Source of the DNA: Lytechinus pictus
Taxonomy: Eukaryota
DNA: 64,000 nt
Direction of reading: 5' to 3'
NCBI RefSeq assembly: GCF_037042905.1
Contig: NC_087251.1
Coordinates: forward strand, 28,832,001-28,896,000
Below, one piece after another: positions 54,847 through 64,000 of the stretch. Every line of letters begins with the position of its first letter. The first letter of the stretch is position 1. Under the pieces are notes generated by a model that made no database searches, was not told the origin of the DNA, and saw only the letters and a program-made list of their open reading frames with translations. Position numbers and translations under genes: made by a program.

Positions 54847-57800
54847 CGAAACCCCCCAAAATCAGCCGTCTACGCTCCCTGGGATGTTTTAGCATCCTAA
54901 CCGATTATTACAGCGAGAATCAAGAGAATCAAGAGGATCCAGGGAGTTTGAATTTTCGACCCCCTCGCCCCACCCGCGACATGGAAAATTGGGAAAAATT
55001 GAGCAAAATAATATTTGTTCAATATTTCCCCCAAAACCCCCCAAAATCAGCCGTCTTCGCTCCTGGAATGTTTTAGCATCATAACCGATTATTACAGCGA
55101 GAATCAAGAGGATCTAGGGAATTTGAATTTTCGACCCCCTCGCCCCACCCGCGACATGGAAAAATGGGCAAAATTTGCAAAATTGAGCAAAATATTATTT
55201 GTTCAATATTTCCCCCGAAACCCCCCAAAATCAGCCGTCTTCGCTCCCTGGGATGTTTTAGCATCCTAACCGATTATTACAGCGAGAATCAATAGGATCC
55301 AGGGAGTTTAAATTTTTGACCCCATTGCCCCACCCGCGACATGGAAAATTGGGCAAAATTGACCAAAATTGAGCAAAATAATACTTGTTCAATATTTCCC
55401 CCGAAACCCCCCAAAATCAGCCGTCTACGCTCCCTGGGATGTTTTAGCATCCTAACCGATTATTACAGCGAGAATCAAGAGAATCAAGAGGATCCAGGGA
55501 GTTTGAATTTTCGACCCCCTCGCCCCACCCGCGACATGGAAAATTGGGAAAAATTGAGCAAAATAATATTTGTTCAATATTTCCCCCAAAACCCCCCCAA
55601 ATCAGCCGTCTTCGCTCCTGGAATGTTTTAGCATCATAACCGATTATTACAGCGAGAATCAAGAGGATCTAGGGAATTTGAATTTTCGACCCCCTCGCCC
55701 CACCCGCGACATGGAAAATTGGGCAAAATTTGCAAAATTGAGCAAAATATTATTTGTTCAATATTTCCCCCGAAACCCCCCCAAATCAGCCGTCTTCGCT
55801 CCTTGGGCTGTTTTAGCATCCTAACCGATTATTACAGCGAGAATCAAGAGGATCCAGGGAGTTTGAATTTTCGACCCCCTCTTCCCACCCGCGACATGGA
55901 AAATTGGGCAAAATTGGCCAAAATTGAGGAAAATAATATTTATTCAGTATTTCCCCCAAAACCCCCCCAAATGAGACGTCTTTGCTCCTAAGAATGTTTT
56001 AGCATCCTAACCGATTATTACAGCGAGAATCAAGAGGATCCAAGGAGTTTGAATTTTCGACCCCCTCGCCCCACCCGCGACATGGAAAATTGGGCAAAAT
56101 TGGACAAAATTGAGCAAAATAATATTTGTTCAATATTTCCCCCGAAACCCCCCCAAATCAGCCGTCTTCGCTCCCTGGGATGTTTTCGCATCCTAATCGA
56201 TTATTACAGTGAGAATCAAGAGGATCCAGGGAATTTGAATTTTCGACCCCCTCGCCCAACCCGCGACATGGAAAATTGAGCAAAATTGGACAAAATTGAG
56301 CAAAATAATATTTGTTCAATATTTCCCCCGAAACCCCCCCAAATCAGCCGTCTTCGCTCCCTGGGATGTTTTAGCATCCTAACCGATTATTACAGCGAGA
56401 ATCAAGAGGATCCAGGGAGTTTAAATTTTTGACCCCATTGCCCCACCCGCGACATGGAAAATTGGGCAAAATTGAGCAAAATAATATTTGTTCAATATTT
56501 CCCCCGAAACCCCCCAAAATCAGCCGTCTACGCTCCCTGGGATGTTTTAGCATCCTAACCGATTATTACAGCGAGAATCAAGAGAATCAAGAGGATCCAG
56601 GGAGTTTGAATTTTCGACCCCCTCGCCCCACCCGCGACATGGAAAATTGGGAAAAATTGAGCAAAATAATATTTGTTCAATATTTCCCCCAAAACCCCCC
56701 CAAATCAGCCGTCTTCGCTCCTGGAATGTTTTAGCATCATAACCGATTATTACAGCGAGAATCAAGAGGATCTAGGGAATTTGAATTTTCGACCCCCTCG
56801 CCCCACCCGCGACATGGAAAATTGGGCAAAATTTGCAAAATTGAGCAAAATATTATTTGTTCAATATTTCCCCCGAAACCCCCCCAAATCAGCCGTCTTC
56901 GCTCCCTGGGATGTTTTCGCATCCTAACCGATTATTACAGTGAGAATCAAGAGGATCCAGGGAGTTTGAATTTTCGACCCCCTCGCCCCAACCGCGACAT
57001 GGAAAATTGGGCAAAATTGGACAAAATTGAGCAAAATAATATTTGTTCAATATTTCCCCCGAAACCCCCCCAAATCAGCCGTCTTCGCTCCCTGGGATGT
57101 TTTCGCATCCTAATCGATTATTACAGTGAGAATCAAGAGGATCCAGGGAATTTGAATTTTCGACCCCCTCGCCCAACCCACGACATGGAAAATTGAGCAA
57201 AATTGGACAAAATTGAGCAAAATAATATTTGTTCAATATTTCCCCCGAAACCCCCCCAAATCAGCCGTCTTCGCTCCCTGGGATGTTTTAGCATCCTAAC
57301 CGATTATTACAGCGAGAATCAAGAGGATCCAGGGAGTTTAAATTTTTGACCCCATTGCCCCACCCGCGACATGGAAAATTGGGCAAAATTGAGCAAAATA
57401 ATATTTGTTCAATATTTCCCCCGAAACCCCCCAAAATCAGCCGTCTACGCTCCCTGGGATGTTTTAGCATCCTAACCGATTATTACAGCGAGAATCAAGA
57501 GAATCAAGAGGATCCAGGGAGTTTGAATTTTCGACCCCCTCGCCCCACCCGCGACATGGAAAATTGGGAAAAATTGAGCAAAATAATATTTGTTCAATAT
57601 TTCCCCCAAAACCCCCCCAAATCAGCCGTCTTCGCTCCTGGAATGTTTTAGCATCATAACCGATTATTACAGCGAGAATCAAGAGGATCTAGGGAATTTG
57701 AATTTTCGACCCCCTCGCCCCACCCGCGACATGGAAAATTGGGCAAAATTTGCAAAATTGAGCAAAATATTATTTGTTCAATATTTCCCCCGAAACCCCC

Positions 57801-58900
57801 CCAAATCAGCCGTCTTCGCTCCTTGGGCTGTTTTAGCATCCTCACCGATTATTACAGCGAGAATCAAGAGGATCCAGGGAGTTTGAATTTTCGACCCCCT
57901 CGCCCCACCCGCGACATGGAAAATTGGGCAAAATTGGCCAAAATTGAGGAAAATAATATTTGTTCAGTATTTCCCCCAAAACCCCCCCAAATGAGACGTC
58001 TTTGCTCCTAAGAATGTTTTAGCATCCTAACCGATTATTACAGCGAGAATCAAGAGGATCCAGGGAGTTTGAATTTTCGACCCCCTCGCCCCACCCGCGA
58101 CATGGAAAATTGGGCAAAATTGGACAAAATTGAGCAAAATAATATTTGTTCAATATTTCCCCCGAAACCCCCCCAAATCAGCCGTCTTCGCTCCCTGGGA
58201 TGTTTTCGCATCCTAATCGATTATTACAGTGAGAATCAAGAGGATCCAGGGAATTTGAATTTTCGACCCCCTCGCCCAACCCACGACATGGAAAATTGAG
58301 CAAAATTGGACAAAATTGAGCAAAATAATATTTGTTCAATATTTCCCCCGAAACCCCCCCAAATCAGCCGTCTTCGCTCCCTGGGATGTTTTAGCATCCT
58401 AACCGATTATTACAGCGAGAATCAAGAGGATCCAGGGAGTTTAAATTTTTGACCCCATTGCCCCACCCGCGACATGGAAAATTGGGCAAAATTGACCAAA
58501 ATTGAGCAAAATAATACTTGTTCAATATTTCCCCCGAAACCCCCCAAAATCAGCCGTCTACGCTCCCTGGGATGTTTTAGCATCCTAACCGATTATTACA
58601 GCGAGAATCAAGAGAATCAAGAGGATCCAGGGAGTTTGAATTTTCGACCCCCTCGCCCCACCCGCGACATGGAAAATTGGGAAAAATTGAGCAAAATAAT
58701 ATTTGTTCAATATTTCCCCCAAAACCCCCCCAAATCAGCCGTCTTCGCTCCTGGAATGTTTTAGCATCCTAACCGATTATTACAGCGAGAATCAAGAGGA
58801 TCTAGGGTATTTGAATTTTCGACCCCCTCGCCCCACCCGCGACATGGAAAATTGGGCAAAATTTCCAAAATTGAGCAAAATAATATTTGTTCAATATTTC
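52900..58900 (+). repeat. Subfamily-B domain with short HORs (offsets 731, 917, 1,103 and 2,389 bp)
   Basis: ORF pairs 54040/54771 (731), 56429/57346 (917), 55444/56547 (1103), 52952/55341 (2389). B markers: TTTAAATTTTTGA, TCTACGCT, GGGAAAAATTGAGC, GGATCTAGGGAAT, GAGACGTC, GGACAAAA, TAATCGAT. Confidence 0.87.
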
Positions 58901-61900
58901 CCCCGAAACCCCCCCCCCAATCAGCCGTCTTCGCTCCTTGGGATGTTTTAGCATCCTAACCGATTATTACAGCAAGAATCAAGAGGATCCAGGGAGTTTG
59001 AATTTTCGACCCCCTCGCCCCACCCGCGACATGGAAAATTTGGCAAAATTGGCCAAAATTGAGGAAAATAATATTTGTTCAATATTTCCCCCGAAACCCC
59101 CCCAAATCAGCCGTCTTCGCTCCCTGGGATGTTTTAGCATCCTAACCGATTATTACAGCGAGATTCAAGAGGATCCAGGGAGTTTGAATTTTCGACCCCC
59201 TCGCCCCACTCGTGACATGGAAAATTGGGCAAAATTGGCCAAAATTGAGCAAAATAATATTTGTTCAATATTTCCCCCGAAACCCCCCCAAATCAGCCGT
59301 CTTCGCTCCCTGGGATGTTTTAGCATACTAACCGATTATTATAGTGAAAATCAAGAGAATCAAGAGGATCCAGGGAGTAAGAAATTTCGACCCTCTCGCC
59401 CCACCCGCGACATGGAAAATTGGGCAAAATTGGCCAAAATTGAGCAAAATATTATTTGTTCAATATTTTCCCCGAAACCCCCCCAAATCAGCCGTCTTCG
59501 CTCCCTGGAATGTTTTAGCATCCTAACCGATTATTACAGCGAGAATCATGAGGATCCAGGGAGTTTGAATTTTCGACCCCCTCGCCCCACCCGCGACATG
59601 AAAAATTTGGCAAAATTGGCCAAAATTGAGCAAAATAATATTTGTTCAATATTTCCCCCGAAACCCCCCCCCCAAATCAGCCGTCTTCGCTCCCTTGGAT
59701 GTTATAGCATCCTAACCGATTATTACAGCGAGAATCAAGAGGATCCAGAGAGTTTGAATTTTCGACCCCCTCTCCCCACCCGCGACATGGAAAATTGGGC
59801 AAAATTGTGCAAAATTGAGCAAAATAATATTTGTTCAATATTTCCCCCGAAACCCCCCCAAATCAGCCGTCCTCGCTTTCTGGGATGTTTTAGCATCCTA
59901 ACCGATTATTACAGCGAGAATCAAGAGAATCAAGAGGATCCAGGGAGTTTGAATTTTCGACCCCCTCGCCCCACCCGCGACATGGAAAATTGGGAAAAAT
60001 TGGGCAAAATTGAGGAAAATAATATTTGTTCAATATTTACCCCGAAACCCCCCCAAATCAGCCGTCTTCGCTCCCTGGGATGTTTTCGCATCCTAATCGA
60101 TTATTACAGTGAGAATCAAGAGGATCCAGGGAATTTGAATTTTCGACCCCCTCGCCCAACCCACGACATGGAAAATTGAGCAAAATTGGACAAAATTGAG
60201 CAAAATAATATTTGTTCAATATTTCCCCCGAAACCCCCCCAAATCAGCCGTCTTCGCTCCCTGGGATGTTTTAGCATCCTAACCGATTATTACAGCGAGA
60301 ATCAAGAGGATCCAGGGAGTTTAAATTTTTGACCCCATTGCCCCACCCGCGACATGGAAAATTGGGCAAAATTGACCAAAATTGAGCAAAATAATACTTG
60401 TTCAATATTTCCCCCGAAACCCCCCAAAATCAGCCGTCTACGCTCCCTGGGATGTTTTAGCATCCTAACCGATTATTACAGCGAGAATCAAGAGAATCAA
60501 GAGGATCCAGGGAGTTTGAATTTTCGACCCCCTCGCCCCACCCGCGACATGGAAAATTGGGAAAAATTGAGCAAAATAATATTTGTTCAATATTTCCCCC
60601 AAAACCCCCCCAAATCAGCCGTCTTCGCTCCTGGAATGTTTTAGCATCCTAACCGATTATTACAGCGAGAATCAAGAGGATCTAGGGTATTTGAATTTTC
60701 GACCCCCTCGCCCCACCCGCGACATGGAAAATTGGGCAAAATTTGCAAAATTGAGCAAAATAATATTTGTTCAATATTTCCCCCGAAACCCCCCCCCCCA
60801 ATCAGCCGTCTTCGCTCCTTGGGATGTTTTAGCATCCTAACCGATTATTACAGCAAGAATCAAGAGGATCCAGGGAGTTTGAATTTTCGACCCCCTCGCC
60901 CCACCCGCGACATGGAAAATTTGGCAAAATTGGCCAAAATTGAGGAAAATAATATTTGTTCAATATTTCCCCCGAAACCCCCCCAAATCAGCCGTCTTCG
61001 CTCCCTGGGATGTTTTAGCATCCTAACCGATTATTACAGCAAGAATCAAGAGGATCCAGGGAGTTTGAATTTTCGACCCCCTCGCCCCACCCGTGACATG
61101 GAAAATTGGGCAAAATTGGCCAAAATTGAGCAAAATAATATTTGTTCAATATTTCCCCCGAAACCCCCCCAAATCAGCCGTCTTCGCTCCCTGGGATGTT
61201 TTAGCATACTAACCGATTATTATAGTGAAAATCAAGAGAATCAAGAGGATCCAGGGAGTAAGAAATTTCGACCCTCTCGCCCCACCCGCGACATGGAAAA
61301 TTGGGCAAAATTGGCCAAAATTGAGCAAAATATTATTTGTTCAATATTTTCCCCGAAACCCCCCCAAATCAGCCGTCTTCGCTCCCTGGAATGTTTTAGC
61401 ATCCTAACCGATTATTACAGCGAGAATCATGAGGATCCAGGGAGTTTGAATTTTCGACCCCCTCGCCCCACCCGCGACATGAAAAATTTGGCAAAATTGG
61501 CCAAAATTGAGCAAAATAATATTTGTTCAATATTTCCCCCGAAACCCCCCCCCCAAATCAGCCGTCTTCGCTCCCTTGGATGTTATAGCATCCTAACCGA
61601 TTATTACAGCGAGAATCAAGAGGATCCAGGGAGTTTGAATTTTCGACCCCCTCGCCCCACCCGCGACATGGAAAATTGGGCAAAATTGGGCAAAATTGAG
61701 GAAAATAATATTTGTTCAATATTTCCCCCGAAACCCCCCCAAATCAGCCGTCTTCGCTCCCTGGGATGTTTAAGCATCCTAACTGATTATTACAGCGAGA
61801 TTCAAGAGGATCCAGGGAGTTTGAATTTTCGACCCCCTCGCCCCATCCGCGACATGGAAAATTGGCCAAAATTGAGCAAAATAATATTTGTTCAATATTT

Positions 61901-64000
61901 CCCCCTAAACCCCCCCAAATCAGCCGTCCTCGCTTCCTGGGATATTTTAGCATCCTAACCGATTATTACAGCGAGAATCAAGAGGATCCAGGGAGTTTGA
62001 ATTTTCGACCCCCTCGCCCCACCCGCGACATGAAAAATTGGGCAAAATTGGCCAAAATTGAGGAAAATAATATTTGTTCAATATTTCCCCCGAAACCCCC
62101 CCAAATCAGCCGTCTTCGCTCCCTGGGATGTTTTAGCATCCTAACCGATTATTACAGCGAGATTCAAGAGGATCCAGGGAGTTTGAATTTTCGACCCCCT
62201 CGCCCCACTCGTGACATGGAAAATTGGGCAAAATTGGGAAAAATTGAGCAAAATAATATTTGTTCAATATTTCCCCCAAAACCCCCCCAAATCAGCCGTC
62301 TTCGCTCCTGGAATGTTTTAGCATCCTAACCGATTATTACAGCGAGAATCAAGAGGATCTAGGGTATTTGAATTTTCGACCCCCTCGCCCCACCCGCGAC
62401 ATGGAAAATTGGGCAAAATTTGCAAAATTGAGCAAAATAATATTTGTTCAATATTTCCCCCGAAACCCCCCCCCCCAATCAGCCGTCTTCGCTCCTTGGG
62501 ATGTTTTAGCATCCTAACCGATTATTACAGCAAGAATCAAGAGGATCCAGGGAGTTTGAATTTTCGACCCCCTCGCCCCACCCGCGACATGGAAAATTTG
62601 GCAAAATTGGCCAAAATTGAGGAAAATAATATTTGTTCAATATTTCCCCCGAAACCCCCCCAAATCAGCCGTCTTCGCTCCCTGGGATGTTTTAGCATCC
62701 TAACCGATTATTACAGCAAGAATCAAGAGGATCCAGGGAGTTTGAATTTTCGACCCCCTCGCCCCACCCGTGACATGGAAAATTGGGCAAAATTGGCCAA
62801 AATTGAGCAAAATAATATTTGTTCAATATTTCCCCCGAAACCCCCCCAAATCAGCCGTCTTCGCTCCCTGGGATGTTTTAGCATACTAACCGATTATTAT
62901 AGTGAAAATCAAGAGAATCAAGAGGATCCAGGGAGTAAGAAATTTCGACCCTCTCGCCCCACCCGCGACATGGAAAATTGGGCAAAATTGGCCAAAATTG
63001 AGCAAAATATTATTTGTTCAATATTTTCCCCGAAACCCCCCCAAATCAGCCGTCTTCGCTCCCTGGAATGTTTTAGCATCCTAACCGATTATTACAGCGA
63101 GAATCATGAGGATCCAGGGAGTTTGAATTTTCGACCCCCTCGCCCCACCCGCGACATGAAAAATTTGGCAAAATTGGCCAAAATTGAGCAAAATAATATT
63201 TGTTCAATATTTCCCCCGAAACCCCCCCCCCAAATCAGCCGTCTTCGCTCCCTTGGATGTTATAGCATCCTAACCGATTATTACAGCGAGAATCAAGAGG
63301 ATCCAGGGAGTTTGAATTTTCGACCCCCTCGCCCCACCCGCGACATGGAAAATTGGGCAAAATTGGGCAAAATTGAGGAAAATAATATTTGTTCAATATT
63401 TCCCCCGAAACCCCCCCAAATCAGCCGTCTTCGCTCCCTGGGATGTTTAAGCATCCTAACTGATTATTACAGCGAGATTCAAGAGGATCCAGGGAGTTTG
63501 AATTTTCGACCCCCTCGCCCCATCCGCGACATGGAAAATTGGCCAAAATTGAGCAAAATAATATTTGTTCAATATTTCCCCCTAAACCCCCCCAAATCAG
63601 CCGTCCTCGCTTCCTGGGATATTTTAGCATCCTAACCGATTATTACAGCGAGAATCAAGAGGATCCAGGGAGTTTGAATTTTCGACCCCCTCGCCCCACC
63701 CGCGACATGAAAAATTTGGCAAAATTGGCCAAAATTGAGGAAAATAATATTTGTTCAATATTTCCCCCGAAACCCCCCCAAATCAGCCGTCTTCGCTCCC
63801 TGGGATGTTTTAGCATCCTAACCGATTATTACAGCGAGATTCAAGAGGATCCAGGGAGTTTGAATTTTCGACCCCCTCGCCCCACTCGTGACATGGAAAA
63901 TTGGGCAAAATTGGCCAAAATTGAGCAAAATAATATTTGTTCAATATTTCCCCCGAAACCCCCCCAAATCAGCCGTCTTCGCTCCCTGGGATGTTTTAGC
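58175..64000 (+). repeat. Terminal domain with subfamily-C monomers; about 1,880-bp (10-mer) and 1,677-bp (9-mer) HOR pairs
   Basis: ORF pairs 58474/60354 (1880), 60732/62409 and 61744/63421 (1677). C markers: TATAGTGAAA, AAGAAATTTCG, TTTTCCCG, AATCATGAGG, CCCTTGGATGTTATAGC, CCACTCGTGAC, C10-C11 tracts. Confidence 0.87.

Larger units (their letters stand above)
1..64000 (+). repeat. Satellite DNA array, 186-bp monomer, about 345 head-to-tail copies, continuing past both window edges (centromeric/pericentromeric-type satellite by inference)
   Basis: GGATCC recurs at 38, 214, 400 and 586 (spacing 176, 186, 186), and the same unit continues to 64000. I saw no unique sequence or inversion. Length variants: 176 (-10), 177 (-9), 185/187 (+/-1), 195 (+9). 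The ORF track repeats one 62-aa unit throughout. Confidence 0.99.

Noticed and set aside
227..63635. All ORFs in the six-frame track (60-430 aa) as protein-coding genes
   Set aside because: They are translations of the satellite monomer. Their ends are set by -10 or +/-1 indels and sporadic stops that are duplicated with the HORs. I recognise no domain or gene context.
1..64000. CRISPR array or other repeat-spacer system
   Set aside because: There are no unique spacers; the whole 186-bp unit repeats, and no cas-like ORF or leader is present.
1..64000. Hidden transposon, inversion or unique insert within the array
   Set aside because: Reading through the window, every segment fit the monomer in plus orientation, and the ORF track shows no foreign peptide. 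A very short insert could have been missed by eye.
1..64000. Assignment to a named 186-bp satellite family or to a species
   Set aside because: Monomer length alone is not diagnostic and I do not recognise the sequence; a database search is required.

Overview
The whole 64-kb window is one uninterrupted, head-to-tail satellite DNA array of about 345 copies of a 186-bp monomer, all in the same orientation. It looks like a eukaryotic centromeric or pericentromeric satellite, but I cannot name the family or organism. Consensus read by eye from the BamHI site: GGATCCAGGGAGTTTGAATTTTCGACCCCCTCGCCCCACCCGCGACATGGAAAATTGGGCAAAATTGGCCAAAATTGAGCAAAATAATATTTGTTCAATATTTCCCCCGAAACCCCCCCAAATCAGCCGTCTTCGCTCCCTGGGATGTTTTAGCATCCTAACCGATTATTACAGCGAGAATCAAGA (about 47% GC, 9 CpG). 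I see no genes, RNA genes, transposons or CRISPR arrays. The ORFs arise because 186 bp = 62 codons and one frame of the monomer has no stop. The interesting structure is inside the array: (1) nested higher-order repeats (HORs) and in-register block duplications from 2 to about 65 monomers; (2) a left-to-right succession of three monomer subfamilies (A about 1-41.6 kb, A interleaved with B about 41.6-58.9 kb, C mixed with B about 58.9-64 kb); (3) A-tracts phased at 10 bp, with all multi-base indels I saw being 9-10 bp; (4) quasi-palindromes, some variants of which are more symmetric than the consensus; (5) a CpG-deamination footprint. I find no support for a novel protein-coding system.
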